Translations under genes and position numbers: made by a program
Notes under the pieces: generated by a model
What the model was told of the DNA's origin: nothing
Seen by the model: only the letters and a program-made list of their open reading frames with translations
Database searches by the model: none
Part shown: piece by piece, positions 46,377 to 55,598 of the stretch
Layout of the letters: each line of letters starts with the position of its first letter
Position numbering within the stretch: position 1 is the first letter of the stretch
Virus record (IMG/VR): IMGVR_UViG_3300032294_002706
Coordinates: 32,001-96,000 of that record
Direction: 5' to 3' (one strand)
From: a virus
DNA length: 64,000 nucleotides

Positions 46377-47876
46377 TTAAATTTTATTTTCCATTTTAGG
46401 TTCAGGCAACCAGCTACGACGACTTAACATCATTACCGTTGAAAATTTCTGACGTGGTTCAGCCGCTGCATTGTAATGATATGAAATACTCTTCACGTAG
46501 TATGCACCGCTTAAGTACTCATCCTTAATCTGAGCAGACGTTGTGTCTTTACCTGTTTTTTCTCTGTCCTGTTGACTATCCTCAATTGCTAGCTCGTCTT
46601 TGGCAGAGTCGTCGCTTGCTCTTTTTAAACGATCTCCGTAAATGTCAACTGCTAATCTAGCGCCTCTACTTATATTGTGGTTAATGCCGTCAAGCTTAAC
46701 TCTCAAAAGATTCTTTTCAGTCTCTTCACGGTTGTGGTGATTCACGAGCTTTGCGTACTTGTAACTTAAATGAGAATTTCCATAATCGGTTCCCATCCAT
46801 TTAACAATCTCGTTACCGTCGTCAGTATAATCGGTAAGATCTGGGGTTTGGTGTACTTGATCGCCGTTTGGAGATACTGTCGAAAGTGGTTCAACGAACC
46901 AGTTTTTAAGAGCCTCTTCCTCTCCGTGCTGGTACATTTGCAAACGTTTTCTAAAGCCTGATCTTTGTAAAATACTGCCGTTTTCACTTATCATTGAGTA
47001 CTCTACTATCGTAAAGTCTGAGCCAGCTCCAAGATTCGAGCCGTTTGTCAAGATTATTGGAACCTGTACATCAACACTAAGATTATCTGACGCATCTTTT
47101 GCTAAACTTAAATCAGCGTATTCAGTTGAGGTTGCCGCATATCCAAGTGGAATATCCTTATCGCTATCAAATGGCTTAAACTGATTTTCTACATTTACCA
47201 AGCAGAGTTTATAGTATCGATCAATGAAACACTCAAAAAATGTGTCTTTATTTTTAAAACTGTGGTCAGCTATCATTTTAATGAAGGCTTTATAATTCAA
47301 GTTCGGATTAATCCATGTCATTTTATCATCAAACGTTTCTTCGTTTGATGCGTATCCAATTTCAAGTTCCTTAGCTATTTGTTGTAAAGCTTCTTGAGAT
47401 GTCATATTTGAATACGACTTCACGAAATTACCATTTAGTTTAGGAATGTACAACTCTCCATAAAAATCATATCTAGTTATCGATTGACCCATTGGCATTG
47501 ACTGAATATCAGTTATCAAAAACGTTTGACAAAGTTCATTTAATTTTGAATGACTCCTTGCGATGTAAATTGTTAATAATGGATTCTTTTTAGGAAAGGT
47601 AACTGACGTGAATGTGCCGGATGAATCAAAAATACTCACATGTATTTTCGGAATCAGTTCGTCATAGTAAATTGAAGTTGATATAATATCAGTTGATGGA
47701 ATTCTAGCATTGCCGATTTTAATCAAGGGCGATTTCTTTCCAAGTTGAGATGCATAACCAGTACGATCTGGTGTTCTTTGAACGTCACCGTCCGGTTTTT
47801 CCAAATCGAGTATGTCAAGACTTGGAGGAGTCAACTTAGGATCAATCTTAGTAAGAATTATGCTCTCTAATCCCAT
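46377..47876 (-). CDS. Putative baseplate hub protein (gp27/GpD-like)
   Basis: Position between the gp53-like and gp5-like genes; C-terminal YLSGAYYVKSISYHY. Confidence 0.6.
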   Translation of the reverse strand: MGLESIILTKIDPKLTPPSLDILDLEKPDGDVQRTPDRTGYASQLGKKSPLIKIGNARIPSTDIISTSIYYDELIPKIHVSIFDSSGTFTSVTFPKKNPLLTIYIARSHSKLNELCQTFLITDIQSMPMGQSITRYDFYGELYIPKLNGNFVKSYSNMTSQEALQQIAKELEIGYASNEETFDDKMTWINPNLNYKAFIKMIADHSFKNKDTFFECFIDRYYKLCLVNVENQFKPFDSDKDIPLGYAATSTEYADLSLAKDASDNLSVDVQVPIILTNGSNLGAGSDFTIVEYSMISENGSILQRSGFRKRLQMYQHGEEEALKNWFVEPLSTVSPNGDQVHQTPDLTDYTDDGNEIVKWMGTDYGNSHLSYKYAKLVNHHNREETEKNLLRVKLDGINHNISRGARLAVDIYGDRLKRASDDSAKDELAIEDSQQDREKTGKDTTSAQIKDEYLSGAYYVKSISYHYNAAAEPRQKFSTVMMLSRRSWLPEPKMENKI

Positions 47877-48475
47877 TAACCGTTAATTTTATTTTTCAAT
47901 AAGGTCGAAAGAAGCTTGGTTCTTGAAATTGGATCAGGACAATCCTCTTTTTTGATTGACGTAACTCCTGAGCCAAATACAACCTTTCCATTCGTGATCT
48001 TAACTGATGTATCCTTAGCGACGGTAGTCGGAGCAACCGCCGTTCCGTATTTTGTAGTCAAATAGTCAAGACGTTTTTGATCTTGTTTTGTCGCAGGTTT
48101 AATGAATTGAGGTTTCTTCTTCTTTCTGGTTGATGTCATCCAATTATTATCTGACCCGTTTAGTTTAGCTGGAGTTGCTAGCATTGACGATAACACTGAA
48201 CCGTCTGGCATTTTAAGAATATCATTCACGTCAATCGCAAATGGATTTGAAATTCCATTGTACTTTAAAAGAAGACATAAAAAACCTGAAGTTTGATAAA
48301 ATATCTTAGAGATCAGATCGCCTCTCATTTGTAATCCGTCTTCAACTATGTAAGTTTTACCTTGATCAACAGTTACTCCTCTAAACGAAACGCTTCGTCT
48401 AGTTAGGTCAACCACTGAATCTCCGTTTGTTTTGGTAAAATTTCCCTTTTTTCCAAATATTGCAAGTTCTATCAT
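47876..48475 (-). CDS. Baseplate wedge protein (gp53/LysM-like)
   Basis: RGDLISKIFY...LLKYNGISNPF...DILKMP. Confidence 0.75.
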   Translation of the reverse strand: MIELAIFGKKGNFTKTNGDSVVDLTRRSVSFRGVTVDQGKTYIVEDGLQMRGDLISKIFYQTSGFLCLLLKYNGISNPFAIDVNDILKMPDGSVLSSMLATPAKLNGSDNNWMTSTRKKKKPQFIKPATKQDQKRLDYLTTKYGTAVAPTTVAKDTSVKITNGKVVFGSGVTSIKKEDCPDPISRTKLLSTLLKNKING

Positions 48476-48481
48476 ATTTAA

Positions 48482-50485
48482 TTAGTTATTTCCATATTGA
48501 CGCGTGTAATACAACAATAATAAACTATCGTCAAGAACTCCATCCTTTCCGAAAGCGGATACTCCATCTGCGAATCCGTTAGTAGGTGCAGTAAATCCAT
48601 ACCCCTTTAGGAATCTATTTTTAAATCCATTATACGCTGATTTACTAGTACCGGTTAATTGAGCGTACGAATCTTCTAATTTCAAATCATACGTACCAGA
48701 GTCAGTCACAGTCTTGTAAATTTCATTATTTGTTTCGCCAAATGTATCTTTCTCGGATGACGTTCTAAGAGCGCCTGCTGTCAATTTAGTTTGGCCATGA
48801 TTCAACATTCGTTCAATTGCTGTTTTGTCCCTAGGCTTTCCTTGTTTCAATGTGACTGTGAATGTTACGCCAGTCGGAAAATCATCAGGCCCAATTTCAT
48901 CGTCCCATGCCATTTTAACGTCAGTACAAAGTAAATCTCCCATCACAAAGATAGGATTCATTGGATTTCCAACTACTATATGCCATTCTCCAACCGGCCT
49001 GTCAGATAGTGCAGATTTGATTGAGATTAAATCAGGAATAGCATTTCCCAACATATCCGACCTCATTAGTCCTGCCTGTAAAACTTTTTGACCTACGCCA
49101 AGAGGATCTGACACTATTTTGCTACCTGCCAATTTTACTGCACCGATTAGATTTGCGAACAGCGTACCGAACTCGGCCGAATTATTTCCAGCGTGAGTTG
49201 TTCCCCAGCTCGTTAAAATATTACCAATTGCCTCAGTCGTAGTAGGGTCAAACTTTACACCCGTCTTAGGAAAGTATCTCGCAAGTTGACCTAAGAACTG
49301 TGCATCCTGATATGTCAAATTCATGAAATTTGAAATAATATCAAGAGCTGCAATCTTTGGGCTAATTCCATTGAATGATCTAAATACGTAATGAAATTTT
49401 AGAGCGATTGGATTAGAGTCCCAACCTAGTTGAACGCCGCGTTTTCTTCTACTTGATTGAGTTATCACATTAACTGGTCCGTATATTCTATTCCAATAAG
49501 GGCCACTCGTCTGATCGTATAGGTTCTTTTGATACTTTTGAATTTTTTCCTCGTATCCTGAGACTTGTTGCATTTGAGCATCTGTTCCGACCGTTCCAAC
49601 GTAAGCAGCCGTTATTGCAGCCTTTATTTGGTCTCCTCCTGGTACACCAGTGACCAACTTCAATAATTCGTTTAGCGTAATTTCATTACCTTCAATCGTT
49701 TGGCCAGTTGCTCCATCCACTGCATTGAGAGTTTCCCATGGAATGTCCCAATTGAAAACGCCGAGGCTATTTAACGTGTTAGCAGTCTCTCCTCCGAACC
49801 ATGTAACCGCTTGAGCCACCGGTATCGCATTTCTTCGCTCTCCTCCCAATCTCAAAGAGTCTCCTATTGGAAACGGGTATCTACGTAAAGTTATCAATCG
49901 ATTATTTGGAATCTTTCCGTAATATTTACAGTACATAAAATCAGTATGCGAATAAGGCTGAAAACCTACATTGGTCGATGCGGAAACTTGTGAACCCCAA
50001 TCGATTAATCTTTTGGCAGTTGGATTAGATAATGTACCAGTAGATATGTTCTTAAAATTGCTAGCTGATGCAGTAACTGCACCTTCACTATTCTCATAAA
50101 ATTTGATTCTAGCCTCAATCTCTTTTACTAGCTCTTTCTTGCCCTTTAGTTTTGCATTACTTTTTGCTGTTTCTAGAGAAGTTAATCGAATCAAAGTATT
50201 TCCCCTAGACGCGTCTTCGTATTGAGTATCAGTTTTGAGATTGCTCGTAAAGCCAATGAAATGCCCCTCTGCTCTATACGATGCACCAGCATTCAACGCT
50301 GCATATTGGAACACTGTGAACTTATTCATTATTGAACTTACGTTATGCTGTAAGTTCCCCTGATCGTTTGCTGCAAGTAGATTAGTTTCAAACGGAGACT
50401 TTGATTTATCTACATTTAGCGCTTCCAAGTAATTCACGCCTGCGAACGCCTGCACTACCTTTAGACTATTAATATCTTCTGCCAT
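48482..50485 (-). CDS. Hypothetical baseplate-region structural protein
   Basis: First gene of the baseplate operon after a late motif; ATG 50485 preferred over TTG 50494. Confidence 0.6.
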   Translation of the reverse strand: MAEDINSLKVVQAFAGVNYLEALNVDKSKSPFETNLLAANDQGNLQHNVSSIMNKFTVFQYAALNAGASYRAEGHFIGFTSNLKTDTQYEDASRGNTLIRLTSLETAKSNAKLKGKKELVKEIEARIKFYENSEGAVTASASNFKNISTGTLSNPTAKRLIDWGSQVSASTNVGFQPYSHTDFMYCKYYGKIPNNRLITLRRYPFPIGDSLRLGGERRNAIPVAQAVTWFGGETANTLNSLGVFNWDIPWETLNAVDGATGQTIEGNEITLNELLKLVTGVPGGDQIKAAITAAYVGTVGTDAQMQQVSGYEEKIQKYQKNLYDQTSGPYWNRIYGPVNVITQSSRRKRGVQLGWDSNPIALKFHYVFRSFNGISPKIAALDIISNFMNLTYQDAQFLGQLARYFPKTGVKFDPTTTEAIGNILTSWGTTHAGNNSAEFGTLFANLIGAVKLAGSKIVSDPLGVGQKVLQAGLMRSDMLGNAIPDLISIKSALSDRPVGEWHIVVGNPMNPIFVMGDLLCTDVKMAWDDEIGPDDFPTGVTFTVTLKQGKPRDKTAIERMLNHGQTKLTAGALRTSSEKDTFGETNNEIYKTVTDSGTYDLKLEDSYAQLTGTSKSAYNGFKNRFLKGYGFTAPTNGFADGVSAFGKDGVLDDSLLLLYYTRQYGNN

Positions 50486-50505
50486 TAAATGCAATCATTT
50501 TAGTT

Positions 50506-50513
50506 TATTTATC
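50506..50513 (-). promoter_or_regulatory. Late promoter motif GATAAATA
   Basis: Directly upstream of the baseplate operon. Confidence 0.65.
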
Positions 50514-50522
50514 GCAGGAAAT

Positions 50523-50547
50523 AAAAAAGGAAGACGCTAAGTCTTCC
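50523..50547 (-). terminator. Intrinsic terminator
   Basis: Minus strand AGGAAGAC-TTAGC-GTCTTCCTTTTTT. Confidence 0.8.
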
Positions 50548-50573
50548 TGCATTTAGTATTATTGAGAGACTAG

Positions 50574-51128
50574 TTATCTCCAATTGCCAATCGTGAAATC
50601 GTACCAGAATTGGCTAGGATCAAATGAATGGTTCATGTGAATGCCAACTCCAGTAGGTTCAATTGGAAAGGGCCGTTTTGCATCATCCCATTCAAAGCGG
50701 TCTCCAATATTATCGTCAACCATTTCAAAGTGAGTGCTTATTGTTGTATCATTAGATTCATCCCAGGTTTCAACTTCAATCGCCAATTTCATTCTTTTCG
50801 GAATGAATAACATGTTTTCAACACCAGCGGCGTCCCACATCATTATTATATCGTATTCAACTTCTAGCTTGTTAGCCGACACGTATTCAATCTCTGTTTC
50901 ATTAGCGAATCCCATTGCTTTAAGTTCAGCTTGCTCTTCCTTTGATATTCCAGGATTTTCATTATCTATTGTTTTAGGATTATCGTACAGGCCAACGTTT
51001 GCACGATCGAAAGTCTTTTTTAAGATTTCAGGCTTTCTATATGTGTATTGAGCCCACTTAAGTTGGTCCGGTCCCTTATTCGACTCGGTTATTAAGTAAG
51101 ACTTAAAAGATTCAATTGCCTTTGTCAT
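50574..51128 (-). CDS. Hypothetical protein with capsid-targeting-like N-terminus
   Basis: MTKAIESFKSYLITES. Confidence 0.65.
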   Translation of the reverse strand: MTKAIESFKSYLITESNKGPDQLKWAQYTYRKPEILKKTFDRANVGLYDNPKTIDNENPGISKEEQAELKAMGFANETEIEYVSANKLEVEYDIIMMWDAAGVENMLFIPKRMKLAIEVETWDESNDTTISTHFEMVDDNIGDRFEWDDAKRPFPIEPTGVGIHMNHSFDPSQFWYDFTIGNWR

Positions 51129-51472
51129 TACTTCTTTAAACTCTCTCTTTTTACTAGATCCGCGAAAGACATTGCGTATCTCTCGTTGATTCTCTTTTTG
51201 CTAGATCTACTCGTTTTCTCAGCGGCAGTCTTTCGGCTCTTGATTAATTCAATATTGTCAGAATACAGACCCGGAACAACGTTAATTCGCTCTCCATTGT
51301 ACTCGATAGGTTCATCCAGCTCAACTTCAAATCGATCGACATCAGGCTCATAGTTGTTTTGATAGATCTCAGAAATGGTACCGGTTGTACCGTCTACCAT
51401 TTCAATGACACCATTTTGTAGCTCTTCAGCGTCCGCCTTAATCATAATTCTGTCTCCGATTGAAAATTTCAT
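51128..51472 (-). CDS. Hypothetical SH3/KOW-like small protein
   Basis: FSIGDRIMI...TGTISEI...FEVELD; C-terminal MSFADLVKRES. Confidence 0.6.
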   Translation of the reverse strand: MKFSIGDRIMIKADAEELQNGVIEMVDGTTGTISEIYQNNYEPDVDRFEVELDEPIEYNGERINVVPGLYSDNIELIKSRKTAAEKTSRSSKKRINERYAMSFADLVKRESLKK

Positions 51473-51738
51473 ATTGGTTCCTGTTTAATTTTTAAAGTTA
51501 GTGTTCCGGTTCCCTTAATTAGACGATGCCATTCATGTCTTGGAATCCGTATAGTATTATTTAACGAGACAGGCAGTGCATTATCCAATTGGATCATCCA
51601 ATCCGTCTTGTTTTCTGAAATTATTTCTCTAGTTTCATCATCACGGTGCCACTTTAACTCTATTGGATCAAGGGTTTGAGAAAATTCCCTGATCAGAAAC
51701 CCGTTTTCTTCCTTGAGATTAGTGTACGGCTTTTCCAT
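51469..51738 (-). CDS. Small cupin-like protein
   Basis: ELKWHRD...IRIPRHEWHRLIKG. Confidence 0.65.
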   Translation of the reverse strand: MEKPYTNLKEENGFLIREFSQTLDPIELKWHRDDETREIISENKTDWMIQLDNALPVSLNNTIRIPRHEWHRLIKGTGTLTLKIKQEPI

Positions 51739-51739
51739 A

Positions 51740-52711
51740 TTACCAAAATCCTGGATAAGTTTTACCGCCCCATAGATGAGAGTATCTGTTAATTCTACAT
51801 GCCCAGTAACCAGCTTTCGTTCTATCGTTTTTTAGATGACACTGGTGTCTTGCCGCGAAACTTTTACGAGCTTTAGGATTGCTTACTTTGGCAGTTAATC
51901 CGCCGTGTACGTCTCCGAATGCAATCTTTTTAACTCTCTTTGTTTTTGGATTGATAACGTAGACATAGTACTTCTTGGTTCCACCTCGCATCGGCTTGCC
52001 GATTTCAACCTTCTTTCCATGATACTCTGCTTCGAATAAAAAATCCAATGGAACAATTTCACCTCGATATTCTCCAAATCTTCCAAGATCAGTCTCTTCA
52101 AATAAGATCCGATCTATTCCATTCAGTTCAATCTCTCCCCTATCGTATGCCGTTCTGGCTTCAGCCAGGAGCTCAAAATGGGCTTGACTCGCTGGGCGAT
52201 AAACTGACTCGGCTATTGAGATACCTTCATTGATGTGATATAGTAGACTTTCAGACATTGGGTCAAGATCTGGATTTGGAATTGGAATTTTGTTCCATGA
52301 TCTTTTGGCATTAACTCCTCTTCCTCTAGCCAGCTTAATCTCTTGAGCTTCTTGTTTTAAATACACTAGCGCTTCTTCATAGTCTCCGTTGCTTAACAAT
52401 TCATCGATTTCTTCAGCATTTTCCTTATCTAGTTTTGCCATGTAAACGACCGCATGTCTTTGAGCATTAAATTGACATCTCATTGCCATCATGCCTACTG
52501 TGTGGTTAAATTCCTTTGTAACTGAATCACTATCTTCTTTTGAAATAATTCCCATATCAAGTAATTCAGTAGCAGCTTCCATTTCAACATCGCTCGGAGC
52601 CTTCATGAATGACTCTAGACCCTTACAATCGGCAATGCCGTAATACCATTCAGCTTGTGAATTTCTGAATGATTCATTGAATTTACTAAATGATTTTACG
52701 AGTCTTTGCAT
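51740..52711 (-). CDS. Multi-domain hypothetical protein with capsid-targeting-like N-terminus and basic C-terminal domain
   Basis: MQRLVKSFSKFNES; C-terminal KKIAFGD...ARKSFAARHQC...AGYWAC. Confidence 0.7.
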   Translation of the reverse strand: MQRLVKSFSKFNESFRNSQAEWYYGIADCKGLESFMKAPSDVEMEAATELLDMGIISKEDSDSVTKEFNHTVGMMAMRCQFNAQRHAVVYMAKLDKENAEEIDELLSNGDYEEALVYLKQEAQEIKLARGRGVNAKRSWNKIPIPNPDLDPMSESLLYHINEGISIAESVYRPASQAHFELLAEARTAYDRGEIELNGIDRILFEETDLGRFGEYRGEIVPLDFLFEAEYHGKKVEIGKPMRGGTKKYYVYVINPKTKRVKKIAFGDVHGGLTAKVSNPKARKSFAARHQCHLKNDRTKAGYWACRINRYSHLWGGKTYPGFW

Positions 52712-52716
52712 ATAGA

Positions 52717-53352
52717 TTATTCTTTAGTTAATGTACCACCACACTCACATATATCGCCTTCGTTAATAACAGCAGCTTCATAAGAGATTCCGCACTCATT
52801 ACATGTATATTTACCTTCTGTCATGTACTCTTCATTCTCTGGATTATCAGACAGTCTGTCATTATGCTCAGAACTGTGTTTGCGGTCAAAGTCTTTTCCC
52901 TTAGGACCAAAGTTCTTTAGTCTAGCTAAACTCTCGGCTCTTGCTTTAGGATCATAATCTCCCATAGTTCCTTTTACGTTTGTGTGAGGTGCTGATAAAA
53001 TATCTCTATCATGAATACCTTCTTCAACTTCCTCAGTCATTTCGCCGATTAAAAAATTAGCAACTTCTTCAATATCGTCCTTTGATGTAGCAATATGATC
53101 TACTGCCCAACTGTGTCCATTTTTTAAAATTTGATCTACTTTTCTTGGATCCATTTTTAACATGATCTCAGTCAATCTCTGGATTGTTTCCAAGTTTCCG
53201 AAAAACATATAGTTCTCAGCTTCATGATGATCATCGTGATCTATTTTAGAGGCTGGATGCTGTTGCATATCCGGATTTGGTGCCTGGTGAGGCATCATTT
53301 CGTGTTCTTCTGGCTCATTAAAAAAGCTTTCGAATGTTTTAACAATTCTCAT
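52717..53352 (-). CDS. Hypothetical protein with capsid-targeting-like N-terminus and C-terminal Zn ribbon
   Basis: MRIVKTFESFFNE; CNECG...CECGG. Confidence 0.65.
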   Translation of the reverse strand: MRIVKTFESFFNEPEEHEMMPHQAPNPDMQQHPASKIDHDDHHEAENYMFFGNLETIQRLTEIMLKMDPRKVDQILKNGHSWAVDHIATSKDDIEEVANFLIGEMTEEVEEGIHDRDILSAPHTNVKGTMGDYDPKARAESLARLKNFGPKGKDFDRKHSSEHNDRLSDNPENEEYMTEGKYTCNECGISYEAAVINEGDICECGGTLTKE

Positions 53353-53356
53353 TTTA

Positions 53357-54901
53357 TTATCTGTTATTTTGTTCTTTTATAAAATCTGCGAATCCCAATA
53401 CCAATGAAGATTTCTTCTTTTTCTTTGGAGTGTTACCTCCAAGCGAAACGAATTTATCTCCTGATCCTATCGTATTTTGGGTAGGTGGAGTGATTGGTCC
53501 CATTGAACCAATAGAACCTGGAACTTGTGGAGTTACTCCAGGAGCTGCACCGTCCTCAGTAACCGCTTTAGGTTTGGGTTCGTCAACTACCGATGTGTCT
53601 AGGATAAAGAGTCTAGAGTAAGCATCAGCTTTCATTTCTCCTTCTCTGCCCTTAACTGCTTTACCTACTGCCTTAGCGGTAGTATTCAAAGTTTTAGCGT
53701 ATAGCGTATGTAGGTGTTTACCGGTTTTAGCGAAAGCTTGTCCAGCCGCAGTATTGCCAGTAGTATCTTCACCAAATATGAGACCCATCAAAGCTTGAGA
53801 AGCTTTTCTGAACTTCATTATCTTTGTATCGTCTGCGATCTGCTTTCCTGTAACAGGTAGAGCAGTTCTTTCATATAATGGTAATTTCTTATTGAAATCG
53901 TAATGAATTCCTTTGTATTTCTTTGTTTCAAAATCTTTGCTTTTGGCTCTTTCAATAAGGCTCTTTTGAATGCCGTCAACCATTCTAACTAAATATTCTT
54001 TAGCTTCGTCCGATACGTCCGGAAATCCATTGATACTCACCTTTAGCGCGTTTGCTTCTCGGATGATATCAGACTCATTTGTCCAATTTGTGTACTGAAA
54101 TTGAAAGATTCTTCTAATTATAGATGCTGTGTTCTTGTTAATGAATAGTCCGCTTTTTATGTCAGCTGACGTGCCTGCTCCCAACTTAGAGTCTATTTTA
54201 GTCTCGTATTCTTTGTCGGCTGCTTGGATACCAGCAGTAAGTTCGTCAGACATGTCGTCCGTGATTATCTCAGCTGTGTGAATTGCATCAAATACTTCGC
54301 TTGCGGCTTCTTTCTGAGCTTCCTCAGTTTCAGCCTGTTCAAAATTAGCATAGGCTTGAGTTGCTCTTTTTGCTGGAAGTTTAATCTTTAACGAAAATGC
54401 CTCCGCTAAATCGTCCTGCACCTTTTTAATTTTTTCGTAAATTTCTCCGCTAAAATCAGTTGTGCCTTTACTGTCTAATTTAGCATAAATCTTTTCAAGA
54501 ACATGGATCCTTGCAACAAACGTAAGAATCTTACGACTTATTTCTTCGATTTCAACCTCATTGACTTCCTTTTTAGATAGGGCCTCTTCTAAATTTTTAC
54601 GGAATTCTGCAACTCTCTCGGTCAAGTACATGAAATAACTATCTAAAACCGCTTTCATTTTTGGATTACCGAAGTACTTATCAAAAGCCGGATCGTCCTC
54701 GCCCATTGCAAAAAGAGCGTCCAATAGTCTATTGAGCATTTCGTTAGTATCCTCTTTGCTCTTGCCGTCTTCGCTGCCGGATTTCCGATCCTTGTCCACA
54801 AGATTATCGATCTGACCTCCAATTTGGATGAGGTCAGCTTCTAGAATCAGGCTTTGGATCGCCTGCAGTCTTTTTACTTTTAAAAACATATTAGGCTTCA
54901 A
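53357..54901 (-). CDS. Helical hypothetical protein with a C-terminal segment resembling the major capsid N-arm
   Basis: C-terminal AVTEDGAAPG..PGSIGSMGPITPPT..GSGDKFVSL, then LGFADFIKE. Confidence 0.7.
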   Translation of the reverse strand: MKPNMFLKVKRLQAIQSLILEADLIQIGGQIDNLVDKDRKSGSEDGKSKEDTNEMLNRLLDALFAMGEDDPAFDKYFGNPKMKAVLDSYFMYLTERVAEFRKNLEEALSKKEVNEVEIEEISRKILTFVARIHVLEKIYAKLDSKGTTDFSGEIYEKIKKVQDDLAEAFSLKIKLPAKRATQAYANFEQAETEEAQKEAASEVFDAIHTAEIITDDMSDELTAGIQAADKEYETKIDSKLGAGTSADIKSGLFINKNTASIIRRIFQFQYTNWTNESDIIREANALKVSINGFPDVSDEAKEYLVRMVDGIQKSLIERAKSKDFETKKYKGIHYDFNKKLPLYERTALPVTGKQIADDTKIMKFRKASQALMGLIFGEDTTGNTAAGQAFAKTGKHLHTLYAKTLNTTAKAVGKAVKGREGEMKADAYSRLFILDTSVVDEPKPKAVTEDGAAPGVTPQVPGSIGSMGPITPPTQNTIGSGDKFVSLGGNTPKKKKKSSLVLGFADFIKEQNNR

Positions 54902-55346
54902 ATTGTAGTAAGTATTTAGTCTTGTTAACTGAATCTAGAACTTCGTCAGTTAAATTGTATAGTTCCGAATCTTTATCTCTGTCGAATAGCTCGCAGAAAG
55001 TCCCTCTAAACGTAACTTCTACCATTTCAAAGAATTCACCAACTGCCATTTCGTAATCGCATACTTCAATAGCCGCTTCTCCGAATTTTAACTGGTCCTT
55101 TCCGTATTTACCAGCGATCGCTTCAACGATTGTGTCCATTTGATCAATGAAACCCTCATAAAAAGCACCATAATGGCGATGCTCTCTGTCATAACGCGTC
55201 TGCCAGTGAATTATTTTAGCCTGATCGGCAATTTGCATTAATGATAGCATGAAGTACGCAATTGATACGTTTTGGGATTCTCCAGCTTCAGGTAATTCTT
55301 CTAGTCCAAACATTATTTGTTGTGTGTTTTTTGTGACTTTTGCCAT
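54891..55346 (-). CDS. Ferritin/Dps-like four-helix protein (DUF5856-like)
   Basis: IIHWQT..EH...FYE....DTIVE..GKYG; NLTDE....NKTKYLL. Confidence 0.75.
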   Translation of the reverse strand: MAKVTKNTQQIMFGLEELPEAGESQNVSIAYFMLSLMQIADQAKIIHWQTRYDREHRHYGAFYEGFIDQMDTIVEAIAGKYGKDQLKFGEAAIEVCDYEMAVGEFFEMVEVTFRGTFCELFDRDKDSELYNLTDEVLDSVNKTKYLLQFEA

Positions 55347-55495
55347 TTAGAAAATGGAGTTACCCAAAAATCTCGGTTCACATTCTTTTTCAAGTAATCG
55401 TAAACGTCATTTCCGGTAGGGTGCTGTAATACAGCGTTTCGTAAAGGTTCTTTGCCCTTACGATAATTTTCCAAATTTTTAAACGAGTTTTCCAT
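55313..55495 (-). CDS. Small hypothetical protein
   Basis: 60-aa ORF starting 6 nt after a late motif. Confidence 0.55.
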   Translation of the reverse strand: MENSFKNLENYRKGKEPLRNAVLQHPTGNDVYDYLKKNVNRDFWVTPFSKWQKSQKTHNK

Positions 55496-55501
55496 CTAAG
55501 T

Positions 55502-55509
55502 TATTTATT
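55502..55509 (-). promoter_or_regulatory. Late promoter motif AATAAATA
   Basis: Heads the 55495-50574 minus-strand operon. Confidence 0.6.
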
Positions 55510-55544
55510 AAACATCACCATCATTCTTTCAAGCGAGCAGGTTA

Positions 55545-55571
55545 AAACTTTATCGGCTGGAGAGATATAAT
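55545..55571 (+). promoter_or_regulatory. Putative early/middle promoter AAAC-N17-TATAAT
   Basis: Recurring motif. Confidence 0.7.
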
Positions 55572-55598
55572 TAATAAACACCAAAACTGTAATTACTG

